Assembly: GCA_030324005.1 (NCBI GenBank)
Contig: JARDVH010000132.1
Coordinates: forward strand, 118,533,600 to 118,597,541
DNA: 63,942 nt
Source: Negaprion brevirostris
Taxonomy: Eukaryota
Reading direction: 5' to 3'
Under the pieces are notes generated by a model. The model saw only the letters and a program-made list of their open reading frames with translations. It was not told the DNA's origin and did not search any database. How positions within the stretch are numbered: position 1 is the stretch's first letter; each line of letters begins with the position of its first letter. This document shows, in pieces, positions 13,077 through 26,779 of this stretch. The translations under genes were made by a program, and so were the position numbers.

Positions 13077-14104
13077 GTTCTATGTTCTATGTTCTAAATC
13101 CTGAAGAAATTCACCCACAAGATATTTATTTGCTTTTTCAGGTTAAATATAAACTATTTCTAGCCAGTGGGTGGAAATTGTGGAATGTTACAATGGGTAC
13201 ATGGTACCATCACAGTAAAATGGGTGAGAACTTTATTTAATGGTTAAAGGAAGCTAGAGATTTTATAGTAATTTCTAATTGGGTTGCTTCCTGGGAGATA
13301 GGTAAATGGAAATTTCAAGTTGGCATGCATAGGTTATGAAGAGTTTAAAGTGACAACTTCAAAATAAGTTTCTAATTTATTGGGCGTGAGTTAATTTTGC
13401 AAGGCAAGCTGTAGTAGTTGATTCTTATTCAGTGACCATATTTTTTACTGAGTGTTTTCACTATTGTCTAGTAGTTGGGTTTATATTTACTGATAGACAT
13501 CAGAATATGAAATTTAGAAATTTAGAATGCCAGGATGCTACAGCATACAACCTTATCCAATAATACAAATGTAATTTCAACAGAAGATTTTGTAATGAAA
13601 TTCCAATATGATTAGTTTCATTTTAAATAGAGACATGGATTTATATTTTTCTGAATGATCAGAAGTACATTGGTAAAACAGGTGAGAAAATGGTAACAGG
13701 TTGTTACTGCCAGATTTACTATTGTTCAGCCTGTTTAGAATCATTTAAAACATCTTAATCGTGCAAAGTCTGTCAAAGCAGAATAATCTTTAGGAGTTGC
13801 TATGGAATTGGAAGGCAACAGCTCAGAATAACTGATAAAGAAATATCATTCTCACGCTTCCAAATATTGAAAAATGTCAAAAATTCAAACTTCCTGGGCT
13901 GTGAATGTGCTTAAATCATCCTAAAATATATTTTACACCTTCAACACATGCATTTTCTGCAAAGTTGCCCCAAATTCATCACTGTGATCTTATTGCTTTT
14001 CAACCATCAATTTGCTAGTTTAATCAACATTTAATTTTAAATAAAAAGAGAAAATATTGAAAATACTCAGCAGGTCAGACAGCATCTATGAAGAGAGAAA
14101 GTCA

Positions 14105-17005
14105 ATGGGGGAGACAGGTTTAGTGCATGCATGACATGTAAAAACCTGAGCTTCCTGAGACCATGTCAGGATCCCAACATCATACCACCTCTTCCAGTTT
14201 TCACCCTGGCCAGTTTGGAGGTGAGTAGGAAATCCCAGTATTTAAAAATTCAAATAAACAATTAAGTTCTGTTTCAGCCGAGGATTTGAGGCAGTGAGTG
14301 GATTTATTTCCTGAGATGTTGGAATTCGCCTAGTTTACCAATGTGGTGAAGGCTTCTTGAAATTTACAGGCTAGAACCCTTTAATTAGTAAAACTGAAGA
14401 AGTTAAGTCATACCAAATGAGAGGCTGCTACTCACTGTGTTCAGTGTTTGATGGATGGTTGCTGACTTCTTGCAATTTTACCTGTTATTTCATCTGTCTT
14501 GCATTTCACACACCTTCTGTTAAACTTTCCCGTTGCCAGCCTTCATCACGGAATGCGAACAGCTTGTACATTTCTAAATTGCAGTTCTGATTAAGAGCAA
14601 GAGGAGCAACAGCAATGGCTCCAACAACAGCAGAAAGAGCAGCAGCAACTGGCAGAAGGCAGAGAGTGGGGATGAAGGGGTCTTTTTCAGGATGGCAACG
14701 ATGACTAGTGATGTGCCTCAGGGGTCAGTGTTGGGACCACAACTTTCCATACTATACATTAATGATTTGGAGGAAGGAATTGANNNNNNNNNNNNNNNNN
14801 NNNNNNNNNNNNNNNNNNNNNNNNNNNNNNNNNNNNNNNNNNNNNNNNNNNNNNNNNNNNNNNNNNNNNNNNNNNNNNNNNNNNNNNNNNNNNNNNNNNN
14901 NNNNNNNNNNNNNNNNNNNNNNNNNNNNNNNNNNNNNNNNNNNNNNNNNNNNNNNNNNNNNNNNNNNNNNNNNNNNNNNNNNNNNNNNNNNNNNNNNNNN
15001 NNNNNNNNNNNNNNNNNNNNNNNNNNNNNNNNNNNNNNNNNNNNNNNNNNNNNNNNNNNNNNNNNNNNNNNNNNNNNNNNNNNNNNNNNNNNNNNNNNNN
15101 NNNNNNNNNNNNNNNNNNNNNNNNNNNNNNNNNNNNNNNNNNNNNNNNNNNNNNNNNNNNNNNNNNNNNNNNNNNNNNNNNNNNNNNNNNNNNNNNNNNN
15201 NNNNNNNNNNNNNNNNNNNNNNNNNNNNNNNNNNNNNNNNNNNNNNNNNNNNNNNNNNNNNNNNNNNNNNNNNNNNNNNNNNNNNNNNNNNNNNNNNNNN
15301 NNNNNNNNNNNNNNNNNNNNNNNNNNNNNNNNNNNNNNNNNNNNNNNNNNNNNNNNNNNNNNNNNNNNNNNNNNNNNNNNNNNNNNNNNNNNNNNNNNNN
15401 NNNNNNNNNNNNNNNNNNNNNNNNNNNNNNNNNNNNNNNNNNNNNNNNNNNNNNNNNNNNNNNNNNNNNNNNNNNNNNNNNNNNNNNNNNNNNNNNNNNN
15501 NNNNNNNNNNNNNNNNNNNNNNNNNNNNNNNNNNNNNNNNNNNNNNNNNNNNNNNNNNNNNNNNNNNNNNNNNNNNNNNNNNNNNNNNNNNNNNNNNNNN
15601 NNNNNNNNNNNNNNNNNNNNNNNNNNNNNNNNNNNNNNNNNNNNNNNNNNNNNNNNNNNNNNNNNNNNNNNNNNNNNNNNNNNNNNNNNNNNNNNNNNNN
15701 NNNNNNNNNNNNNNNNNNNNNNNNNNNNNNNNNNNNNNNNNNNNNNNNNNNNNNNNNNNNNNNNNNNNNNNNNNNNGAGTATTGCGAGCAGTTTTAAGGA
15801 AGGATGTGCTGGTCTTGGAGAGGGTCCAGAGGAGGTTTATAAGAATGACTCCTGGAATGAAGAGCTTGTCATATGAGGAATGGTCTTGGAGCTTAGAAGG
15901 ATGAGGGGGGATCTTATTGAAACTTACAGGATACTCCGAGGCCTGAATAGAGTGGATATGAAGAGGATGTTTCCACTAGTAGGAAAAACTAGAACCACAG
16001 GGCACAACCACAGGCTAAAGGGATAATCCTTTAAACAGAGATAAGAAGGAATTTCTTCAGCCAGAAAGTGGTGAATCTGTGGAACTCTTTGCCACAAAAG
16101 ACTGTGGAGACCAGGGCATTGAGTGTCTTTAAGACAGAGATAGATAGGTTCTTGATTAATAAGGGGGTCAGGGGTATGGGGAAAAGGCAGGAGAATGGGG
16201 ATGAGAAAAATATCAGCCATGATTGAATGCTGGAGCAGACTCGATGGGTCAAGTGGCCTAATTTTGCTCCTATGTCTTATGGTCTTAACAACAGCTACCT
16301 TCTCCTCAGCCACATGTTGTTCCACAGTGCAGAGGGGATTGACATAGAGCTCCAACTCCTGGGAGGAGAGATCCCCAACACCACCAGAACTCTCTATGTG
16401 AGCACCAGTGTGTCTGGAAGCCCAGATTTCTGCAGCTGGAACAAGACCTCCTTCCCAGTGGGTATCTATCATCAGTAGCTGTCAAGATATCTATCACCTC
16501 TCCAGGTCTCTGTCCCTCCGTGAGATTATATACTCTCTTATCCTGCAAAGAGAGAATGCAGAAAATTATGAGTAGTAATGGAGGAAAGGCCAACATTTGT
16601 GGAGGGTGGCTGTGAGGCATGTGTGTGAGAGAGCAATAGGAAAAGAGTGAGTATATACTTTGGTTATTCAGATGGAAGTTGTGAGGTGCCTGGAGAGACA
16701 GGAATGAGTGGAACTTTCCCTTCTCTCCAGGCACCTGACATCTAATGCCATGGGTCTGGTAAAGAACCTCAGACCTACCTGCTCCCAACCCTGGGATGTT
16801 CTGCTATAGGCTTCTGTACCCAACAAGATTGCAGTCTGCCTTGTTGCTGTGGATGGAAACCCAACCAAAAAAACAGAAAACCCATTCTCCTGGGTTTCCC
16901 TACCTTGGAACAGACCCCAGATTAAAATCCAGACAAATGCTAAATGCGCTGTTGATTCATTTTACATGTAAATTTGATCCCCCCATCAGAGGCGTAATAA
17001 GATAA
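14105..17005. mobile_element. Decayed Harbinger-like element split by a CR1 insertion; Myb/SANT relic on the minus strand at about 16290-16830
   Basis: Minus strand LQ|DKRVYNLTEGQRPG parallels DKVVHNWRE at 8706; Q/E-rich segment at 14595-14650. Confidence 0.45.
14652..16287 (+). mobile_element. CR1 LINE 3' portion spanning a gap of about 1 kb
   Basis: TSDVPQGSVLGPQLSILYINDLEEG before the gap; [22 protein letters not shown] after it; CR1 3' UTR ending TCCTATGTCTTATGGTCTTA. Confidence 0.92.
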
Positions 17006-17711
17006 CATTTGACATAAGTGTAATTGGTTAGTGCAGGCTGCATGGTGCTACATTGAAAACATGTTGCCACTTTAGAATTATGTATCTCTGACATGACATT
17101 CCACTCAAGCCAGTTTTCTGCACATTACCTATGTTTCCTAATTCTTGGATTGATCTGTTTCTGTTTGGAAAATGCTGTTCTAAGACATTGATTTATAGGC
17201 AGCAGAGAAAGGCATATTCAGGAGATTAAAATTTTGACTAATACTGCTCCTCAATCATACCTGTACATGATAATTCTCCTTGTAGAGATTATGAATGAAT
17301 ACACCAGTGTGGTAAAATGAATTAAACAAAACACAAATGCTTCAATTTCACTCTAATGAGAAAAGTGTTGATTTTCAAAACACTTATATTGCTGTATGGT
17401 TGACTTTGGGCCATTTGCATCCCTGCACAGATTATTAAAAACAGAATTGCATCAAGCTGCAAATGACTTTCAAACATCACAGACCTCAAATGAACAACCA
17501 GCAATTCATCGTTTTGACTTTTAGACTGTTAAATTATAACAAATCACTTTGGATTAGAATACTTCCTAGAAGTTATCAGATCTTACAGCATTTAAAAAAA
17601 AATCTAGTTTGACTACTGTAGGATGATCTGATTGTATGTGTGGTCAAGGAGCATAGTCAAAATGTTTTGTTCAATTGTTCATGAGCTAAAACTTAAAAAC
17701 ACATGAGTTGA

Positions 17712-18840
17712 GGTGAGTGTGACGCCCTAGACATCAAGGCAGCACTTAACCAAGTGTGGCATCAGGGAAACTAAACAAACTGAGAATCAATGAGAATCAT
17801 GGGGAAGACTCTCCATGGGTTAGAATCATACTTAGAACAAAAGAAGACAGTTGTAGTTATTGGAGACTGATCATCTCAGTGCCAGGTCATCACTGCAGGA
17901 GTTCCTCAGGTTAGTGTCTCAGGCCCAGCTATCTTCAGTTGCTTCATCAATGACCTTCCCTGATGCAATGTTCAACACTATTCATGACTTTTAGATACTG
18001 ATGTAGTCCATGTCCAGATGCAGCAAGATCTGGGGGACATTCAGGTTTGGGCTGATAAGTGGCAAGTTACAATCCTGTCACTCAAATGCCAGGCAAGAAG
18101 AGAGAATCCGACTTTCCCTTGATTTTCAATGGCGTCATCATCACTGAATCTCCCACTGTCAACATCCTAGGGATTACCATTGTCAAGAAACTGAACTGGT
18201 CTAGTGTTATAAATACTGTGGTTACAAGAACAGATCAGAAGCAGGGAGTTCTGTGGAGAGTAATTCACCTATTGACACCCCAAAGCCTGTCCATCATCTA
18301 CAAGCCACAAGTCAGGAATATGATAGAACACCTTTCACTTGCCTGGATGAGTGCAGCTCCATCAAAACTGAAGAAGTTCAACACTATCCAGGACAAAACA
18401 ACCTACTTGATTGGCACCCGATTTACCATCTTCAGCATTCAACCCCTCCACCACCCATGCACAGAGGCAGCAGTGTGTATGGTATAGGTGCAGCATTTCA
18501 CCAGGCCTCCTTCTTCAACACTTTCTTTTCTCCTTCTTCAACACCTTCCAAACCTGTGACTTCTACCATTTAGAAGAACAGGGCAGCAAATGCATGGGAA
18601 CACCATCACTTGCAAGAGTTCCCCTCCGAGCCATGTATCGTCATGACTTGGAATTATATTGACATTCCTTTGCAGTCACTGAATCAAAATCCTGTAACCC
18701 CCTTCCTAACAGGTGTACCTCCATCATATGGACTGCAGCGGGTCAAGAAGGTGGCTCACCACCACCTTCTCAAGGGCAATTAGATGAATGCTGGCCTAAC
18801 CAGCCGTGCCCACACATCCCGTGAAGGAATTAAAAAAAAC
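17712..18840 (+). mobile_element. CR1/L2-group LINE family B, 3' portion
   Basis: LDIKAA, GVPQ.SV.GP.IFSCFINDLP, LTPQSLSIIYKPQVR, AWMSAAPSKLKKFNTIQDK; A-rich tail at 18830. Confidence 0.88.
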
Positions 18841-19224
18841 TATATCAACACTTAGTTAAACAAATGTAAACAGGACAGAAAATCTAAATATTAACCTCAG
18901 TAGAAAGAATAATGTACAGTTCATGATAATTAATGCCTAGAAGCAACTGAGCTGCACAGTAGGGTACACTATTACATTTAAGTTGAATTAACCTCTTGGA
19001 GCTTTGTTTGTTTAATTTCAAGGTAACAACATTTTTCGCAAGAGTTTTGCCTTAGAAATTTCACTTGTAGTTGTTTGTCTACTTAAAGAAATTAACTGGA
19101 TTGGCTACAGCTCACAATAGTTTACATGATCTGTGAATGGATTAACTGACCACATGCTCTTTTCTCATTCCATGCTTTCCTTCCTTCACTTAAGACATTC
19201 ACTTGTAGAGAGGTAGTATTCAAG

Positions 19225-19375
19225 TTCAATAACAACTTGCATTTGTATAGCATATTTAACATAATGATTATGGAGAAAGGGAGGGTGAGATTGTGTAGGG
19301 ATTTGAAATGAAAGATGAGAATTTTAAAATTGAAGCATTGTTGGACTGAAAGCCTATGTATATTGGTAAGCAAAG
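19225..19375 (-). mobile_element. L2-like LINE 3' fragment
   Basis: CAACTTGCATTTGTATAGCA terminus; minus-strand peptide FKILIFHFKSLHNL. Confidence 0.55.
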
Positions 19376-19944
19376 GTTCTTGAGATTAAGGTTCTTTTAC
19401 ATTGAGTTTTTAGTTAAAATATGAAGCACTGCTTGATTTATAAGCTCATACATCTTTCTACGTGTGGATCAGTGAGACCTGACTGTAGGTTGCTAGATTA
19501 TGCGATATTATTGGTATCATAGTTCATATTGTGAAAACTCTAACAAAGAGTTCTGTGGCACTATTTTTATTGCTGTATGTTCTTTCAATGGCATGCAAAG
19601 AGAAAATATTCCTATAGTGAGGAAAATGTGTAAAGGTGTAATTGTGTTCAACTAGGATGAGAGATTTTGTTAATATGCTTACTTCAAATTATGATGTTTT
19701 AGCCAGAATTTGGAGGAAATGCAGTTTAGTATTGGAATTGTTAGGACAGCTTTGAAGTTTGTCTGAGTATATTGATTTGCTTCATTGACTGTGAATAGTT
19801 GGCAAAAATCTAGTCGAACACCTGTTAGAAATGTTAATGCTTGTTTGTACTATGATGGTGGGTTTGCAGATAATCTGTCTCATTATAATATAATTTATTT
19901 GCACAGCAATGTCCTACAATTTTGGGCTATTGAAAGTTAAGTGT

Positions 19945-20800
19945 AGGGAGGACGATTCTTTGCTCCCGCTAGCCGGAGGGAGGATTGCCACAGGCCCATT
20001 GAATTGGGCGTCAGGGCTAAAATGGGATTGCATTGAGCATTAAACCCATTGCCATTTTACTGGCTGGCCCAATCAAATTCCTACATAGAACAGACAGAAT
20101 CCTAATTGATATGCTAAAAAATGTAATTTACGTGATATGAAGCTGGTCCAGCAGGTGGGATTTGATAAGGTCCTGACAAATGTGATTGAGTGCCTTGGAC
20201 TCTGGGGGTGGACGGCAATGGAGAAAAGAGATGGATATTGTACTCATGTGCTCCTGTGGTCCTGTCAGGCTGCAGAGGGAGGGCCTCCCAAGGGACCTGG
20301 GATTTGGGTGGGGTCAGACTTGGGGGGAAGGGGTTGATCTTGGGACTCTTTTCTGGGATGGGGGTCTCATAGTGGGACTGCCCTTTCCAGCCCTGGTAAT
20401 GGTGACAATCACTTTTAGAATGGAGATCTCAGGCAGCTTTCAGTTCAAAATCTTCATTCTTGTCTGTATACTGTGAAATCTTTGAAGTGGCCTGGTCATT
20501 TTAATATCCATGCCCCTTGGACGCCTGGCAGCCTTCAAAATCTCAGCAGCACTCTGCTCTGCAGAAGAGATTGCCCTTTCTCTTTCTCCAGGTGTGCGAA
20601 GACCCCTTTCGAGTCTCTGACTGACAGGAGATATCTGCTTCACTGGGAGATTCCTTTTAGTTGCCTAATGAACAGTAGGTGCAGCCGACTGTTCTGATTG
20701 ACATCTCCAGAGCAAATCAGACTGTTCATTGCTGATGTAATTCAGTAAGCCTCAAGAAAGTTCTCCTTCCATCAGACCTGCTCATTCAGCCCCATATGGT
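19945..20800. mobile_element. Non-autonomous Harbinger-like element containing shared module copy 1
   Basis: 5' part resembles 3690-3870; 20440-20650 is homologous to 23700-23920 and 39300-39500. Confidence 0.55.
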
Positions 20801-21044
20801 AAAGACTGCCTTTTTTGTAGGTCTCCAAACCTTCCTGGAAAGCTCAAGTGTCTCAAAAAGCTTTGTGTTCATTCAATTTTGTGCACCAGTGCCTTTAACT
20901 AGCCTTTGATTAACAGATTGGATCAGTAACATACCAGGCAGGAGCTTTGTTTGTTTGTTTTTCCCTTCATAGTTGAATGCATCTCAAATACTTGGTTTTC
21001 TTCCCAACTGCAATGTTTATAAACATTCTTATTCTGATTGACAG

Positions 21045-21068
21045 GTTGGATCAATTATACACCAGGCA
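21045..21068 (+). CDS. C7orf57: Candidate 24-nt micro-exon of C7orf57 (phase 1 to phase 1)
   Basis: ttctgattgacAG|GTTGGATCAATTATACACCAGGCA|GTAGGT; spliced to exon A gives WINYTPGNWFYHIP versus recalled human HRYAPCDWYYHVP. Confidence 0.5.
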
Positions 21069-21594
21069 GTAGGTTTCACTTTCTCTTTTCTGTTATGTTT
21101 AAAAAGGGCACCTGATTTTTGTGAAGCTGGGCTGGCCAGACTTAAACCTGATGTTGTCAGACTTCTTAACTGTCATTTGTGCAGTGCATGCTTTTACATC
21201 CTACCTGACAGGTACTGCTAATGCCAGTGGGAAACAAATGGGAAATTCATGCCCTAAGCTTTGTACACTGCCTTTTCAGATATTAAATTGTTCCCCTCTT
21301 CTAGCTTTGTTCTTTAAAGTTTTTGAAGAAAATTTAATAGCTAATGTAGCCAGGATTTAAAGAAAAATGTATTTATCTTGTTATTTGGCTTTTATATTGC
21401 ACATTTTCAGGATTATAAGAATAAAATTCCAGAATCCAATTGAGTGAGCTTATTGCAGCTTTATAATAAGCAGGAAAATAATTAATCAAAAGTCATCTTA
21501 CTGAGATTTGAATTCTTGTCTTTAATGAAGCTTCCAGTGATACCAGGTAAAATGAACAATTTTCCACAATGGATTTTAATGTAATTATGAAAAG

Positions 21595-22295
21595 GGAAAA
21601 AAAGCTTCCATCTATACAATTGAGGTCAAGTTATTCCAAAGAGCTTTACAGCCAATAAAGTCACTGTTATGATGTAGGTAATCTGGCAACCAATTTGTGC
21701 ACCACAAGATACCAAAACAATAATGATGATAATGATCAGAAAATTTGTTTAAGTGATGATGGTTCAGGGATAACCATTGACCAGTATACCAGGAGAACTC
21801 TCTGTTGTTCTTCTTAATACTGCCATGGGATTGTTTGCATGCATCTCATCTGAAAGGCTAATGGTGCAGCACTCATTCAGTACTGCACTGGAGTGTCAAA
21901 TGAACATGTAATTTAGAAGCTGGAGTAGGCAGTTTGGTCCTTCATGCTGAAGCTGCCATTCAGTAAGATCATGGCTGAACTGAATAGATTCCCTTGTTAG
22001 TTAAGAATCTATCTCTACCATAAAAATATTCAATATCCTGTCCTGCCACTCTCTGGGGTAGAGTTCTAAAGATTCACCACCTCTGAAAGAAAAAAATGTT
22101 CTCACCTCCATCTTAAATGGGAATCAGACCCCTTTTTTAAAGCTGTGTCCCCTAGTTTAGACTGTCCTACAAATGGAAACATCCTTTCCCCATCCATCCT
22201 GTCAAATTCCCAATATAGATTTTGTGCTCAGCCTGGAGTGTGGCTTGAACTAACTCAAGAGGTGAGTTTGCTACCAACTGAACCACAGCTGACAG
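21595..22295 (-). mobile_element. DeuSINE (SacSINE1-like) interrupted by a CR1 3' fragment (about 21900-22210)
   Basis: Deu core at 21680-21840 and tRNA-like head (reverse complement GTCAGCTGTGGTTCAGTTGGTAGCA) at 22260-22295; CR1 3' UTR in between. Confidence 0.7.
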
Positions 22296-22456
22296 AATAG
22301 TAAGATTATTTGTTGCAAATCATCACCAAAATGGAACAATTTTTAAGATAACATTTTGAGAAAATGATTTTCAATTTATTTCAAATTTGGAGCCAACTGG
22401 AAAAGAATTCTGACAACACTGTGTGACAATGTTCTGACATTCTTTACTTTTTGCAG

Positions 22457-22651
22457 ATTGGTTCTACCACATTCCCCAGAAAACAACCAACACAGACAAG
22501 AGTCAAGTACAGCTTCCTCCAACTTCACAGATCCCAGGCTTGAGTAAACTTGCAGAGCCTCACAAGGAGGCCACCTTTGAGAGCCGTAGATTATGGATTA
22601 AGGACTCAGACTCAGACTATGTAAAATTAGCCAAACAAGGAGGCAGGGCAG
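22457..22651 (+). CDS. C7orf57: C7orf57 orthologue, coding exon A (195 nt, phase 1 to phase 1)
   Basis: tttttgcAG|ATTGG...GGCAG|GTAAG; translates (x)[64 protein letters not shown], matching recalled human C7orf57 motifs [38 protein letters not shown]. Confidence 0.93.
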
Positions 22652-22767
22652 GTAAGAAGATATGCATTCTAAGGTAACTACAGATAAGAGTTCTACTGTA
22701 TTTTCTTTTTAATGACCACTTTATTGGAACGTTATGGTGATTCCTAATTAAAATTTGAAGGGTGTTT

Positions 22768-23925
22768 GGGCTGAGTTCTCCAGCCTCATGAGACAGCCCA
22801 CAGGAATTCTGATGCCCTGCAGAATGGGGCTCGACCAAAGATCAGGATTCCCAACAGGCGTCAAAGCAATTGGGATTCATCTGATCCATCCATTGGCCTC
22901 AATTGGATTCCCGCCCATAATGGGTGGCAACCCCATAATTATGTATACCTGCTAATTGTGATACAGTTAACGGATTTGACTGTCCATTCATCTGTCCTGC
23001 CATGCACCCTTGCCCCCAGTGGGAACGGCATCTGTTGGGCTTTGGTGTTGCTAAGTCGGGGCACAGCGTGAAGGACCCACCAGTCCCTTGGAAAAGAGGG
23101 GCATCTTCCCATCCATGACTCAAATCATGGATTACCCATCCCATAACAAGCAGTCATGAGGTTGACCCAACCTGACCCCTCCCTCAAGCCCTCCCCATTC
23201 TCAGACCACCCAACACACACCTCTTTCCTCCTCAGATCCCCCATTATCAGGACTCTTCAGACCCTCCATGCCCCCCTTCTTCTCAGACCCTCTACATGGC
23301 TCCCTCCATCCTCAGACCCCCTACTCAGGCCTGTTCCCCACCCTCAGAACCCCACAGGCCTCCTTTCCTCCTCAGAAACCCCATTCAGGCCTTCTCCCCC
23401 ATCAGACCCCAACTCAGGTGCCCCATTCACTCTATGAGCCGTGGCAATCACAATGGTGTACTGCTCCTGGCACCCTGGCACTGACACCCTGGCCTAGTGC
23501 CTTGGTCCCTGAGGTCATTTGCCCCTCTGCTGCTGCCAGGCTGCAGTGAAGGAACACTCAAAGTTCCTGGAGGTTGAGTGGGCTCGGGCTGGGGGCAAGA
23601 GATTGACCTTGCCACTCTCCCTTGGGATGGGGAACTCGTGGCAGGACTGCCCTTCTAGTTCTGTCAGACCTGAAGATCACCCTGGCAGGATAATTTCAGG
23701 TAGCTGTGTGATCAATATCTGCATTCCTGCCTGTCAACTGTGAAAATGTTGAAGTGGCCAGGTCACTTTAATCTCCATGCCACCTAGTGACCTGTCAGGC
23801 TTTTAAATCACTGCAGTACTCCATTGTGCAGAGAATTATCTTTCTCCTGTCAGAAGCTGCGGGTGTGAGCAGACCACTTTGAAGTGCACTAACATAGAGG
23901 AGCTGTCAATTTCACCTGGTGGGGA
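22768..23925. mobile_element. Non-autonomous Harbinger-like element with a C-rich degenerate tandem array (CTCAGACCC units, 23150-23420) and shared module copy 2
   Basis: GGGCTGAGTTCTCCAGCCTCATGAG...TCAGGATTCCC is the reverse complement of the 7780-7867 terminus. Confidence 0.65.
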
Positions 23926-26011
23926 GGGTGAGGGTTCCATTCTGCACAGCTGTGCACTCAGCCCCAATGTATTCACTCAACTAAGATACAGTGTCTCTGA
24001 GGCTCCCTAGCAAGCTGAAACATTTGAAACCCTCCCTAGGCAATGGGAAGCCTTTGGTCTCTGTCAATTTAGCATATAGTGCTTTAAAATAGTTCTGCAT
24101 TAACACCTTAATGGATTTCTGCTCATGCCCAGTCAGCTGTTCTTATTTTCATTTCCCTTCATGCTTGAATTTCCCTCAAGTACCTCTATTGATCCTAAAC
24201 ACAATGTTTACAAAGATTCTAAGCCTCATTGACAGCTGTAGTTTCGTCAAAAGGAGTAAGTGGTTAACTTCCTGTTTTGCAAACTTAAATTTATCTTATG
24301 AGACAAGGAGATGCTGATAATAAGCAAATTTAATAAACTGGCACCTCTCCAGCTGTCACAATACTAGTTATCTAGGGTTCATTACAGAAGGCCCTGCAAA
24401 TCACAGGGTGGAATTTTCCAAAATCTGGTAGAGTGTCAGGTTCAAACTGAAAATTGGTGTGTATCCCTAGGTGCAAAGCTGAGTGCTCACTCCAGATTTT
24501 CTGGCGCCAGTGTGCAGAGAATCTGCATGGGAGCATACTTTGCCTTATCACTCTGGCTGGGTGCAGCTTAATAAAGCTGGCAAGGCTCCAAAAATGTTGG
24601 AGGACCATCTCTAAAGAGCACCTGGATCAGCATGATAAAATAAACCCCCCTCCCCCAGACATAGAGGACCAAACATTGGGATGACCATTCCCAACTTTGC
24701 AAGCATCAGGTCGTTTCCCTACTCCCTGCCCTCCATCACGCAAGCATCAGGGCACTCCCATCACACATCATTGATTGGTGTGTCCAGAGTGCAGGAATAA
24801 CTGATGTACAACATGAATGCATTGGGATTCATGAGTCTTAAAGAATATTTATAGAAGAGTGTACTGGTAAACCATTGTTATGTTCACACCATATGAATGT
24901 ATGAGCTAAATATGAAATAAATATGAAATGATGAAGTATAGACCTAAAATGGACACTAAACAAAATGGCGTTCAAATGGAGTCCAATGCACATGGAACTA
25001 TAAAGACCCTGAGTTAATCTCCATATCTAGACAAGACTTGATGAACCTATTAAAATGCAAATGACCTTTCGGAACATATCTTTGGGAAGTCAACAAAAGG
25101 CAAGTCCTCCCTGTGGTTATTGGCTGCACTTCTCAAACTAATTAAGAGACTGGTTTCACAATACTGTTTTCAGACCTTTTGATTCCAACGTTGGGCATAA
25201 AAGATTCCAGCTTATCAAGATGACATGTGGCTGAGTGATACTGGAACACAATTCTCTCTTTATAATTCCTAGGCCAACCACTGCCTCTGCACCCACTCCC
25301 ATGGTACCTCATATTTTCACTGCCAATCTAAGCAACTCCAACAATTGCCCAATATTTCTTTGCCTTATGCCCTTCCACCCACCCCAAATCTCCTTATAGT
25401 CCAATGCCAATTTAGTGCCAACTCATGCTACTCTATGCCCCTCACCCATCAATCTTTGCCCTTACACCTACCATGCCAGCTCATCCTGTATCCACCATAG
25501 ACAGACCTGAGGATCCATACTGAGATTAAATGAAGTTCTTAAATGTCTGTTGATTAATTCATCATTTAAAAAAAATCATTACCATTAATAAAAACCCATT
25601 CACAACATTTAACTTACTTTAATCTCTTAAAAAAACAAGCATTGGAAACTGTGATCTCATTTCAAAGAGTTTACAATGATTTAGAGCTGTCAATAAAATG
25701 TGAATTGACAGGCACCTTAGTGTAATAAGGAACGGTTGTGAAATCAATTATGGAGCATTAATCCTGCAATGATTGCCCTCAGGTTTATGTCAACAGAGTG
25801 AAATAGTAAGTACTGATTTGCTTCACATTACAGTCATTTTCATTTAAAAAATATTTAAAGGGATTTTTAATGCCTTGACAGCTTGACAGCTCCCTTTGAC
25901 AGCTCTCTTGGCAGCACCTTTTGATAGCTGTCATGGATCTGTCTATAACAGCAATAACAGAATTTAACAAGGCATGCTGGGATTTTAACTGTCCCACAAC
26001 AGATAGAACTC

Positions 26012-26779
26012 TGTCTAACAATAGAAGTAGCCAGCTTTCAAAAAGCATTCAAAGGATGTGATTTTCCAGTAACAAGATTAGCAGGCATCTAGCCAGAACC
26101 AGGTATAAATTCCCCAATACTAGGAAACAACTTACCTAGATGACATAGAAATCAGCGGAGGCATACACATGCTCATTTCTAGAGTCCAGGGATTTGAGAT
26201 GTGCAGACAGATAAATATACAGAATGAAGAATCAAAGAGGAAAAATTATATTATAGTAGGCACCTAAGAAGCCGGCAGGCCAGTTTACATCTAATAGCTG
26301 AGAGGTCAGTCCACAATTCACAGCCAAAACTTCGTAAAGGCTGTTTACATTTTTTCACTGGTCCAGGAAAAGATATTTTCCCAAACTTGATCCTCAGTTG
26401 TAATGTGTGGCAACTATATGCTGAATTTGACTTTTAGATTTATTTCATTTGGATGTTGGTTGGGGAAGGAGGAAGTCTTAAAGAGTTTAGGGATCATGTG
26501 TATATTTTGGAACCAGGGATAATTTCTACTTAAACAGTGCGTGTGTTTCATAATTCATATACTTAATTGTCTTAGAGTGTTGTAGTCCTGTTCTTGTGTA
26601 TTTGGCTTTCATTAAAAAAAAAATAGTTTTTAATAATTGTTAAAGGACGACTGGACTGGTTACTTTCACTGGGGTTTCACATGGGTCCTCACACCATTCC
26701 AAAAACAGAACTATTCACACAACGAACTATGTTTCAAGTTGGGACGCTTTCTCAGATAACATCAGCGTGACTTATGACA
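26012..26779 (+). repeat. 5' LTR
   Basis: Collinear with 32840-33842; ends TATGACA. Confidence 0.8.

Noticed and set aside
14692-15904. The two longest ORFs (394 and 398 aa), plus ORFs at 30198-30740
   Set aside because: Made almost entirely of N gap; the flanks are CR1 or MITE sequence
21411-21443. Possible exon with a good acceptor and GTGAGC donor
   Set aside because: Open only in phase 2-2, which is incompatible with the phase-1 start of exon A
23150-23420. Semi-regular CTCAGACCC repeats with variable spacers
   Set aside because: Degenerate C-rich minisatellite inside a transposon; units and spacers are self-similar, the context is eukaryotic and there are no cas genes
24875-25240. Possible additional LTR fragment starting TGTTATG
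   Set aside because: No matching 3' end or TSD found, so it is not supportable as a feature
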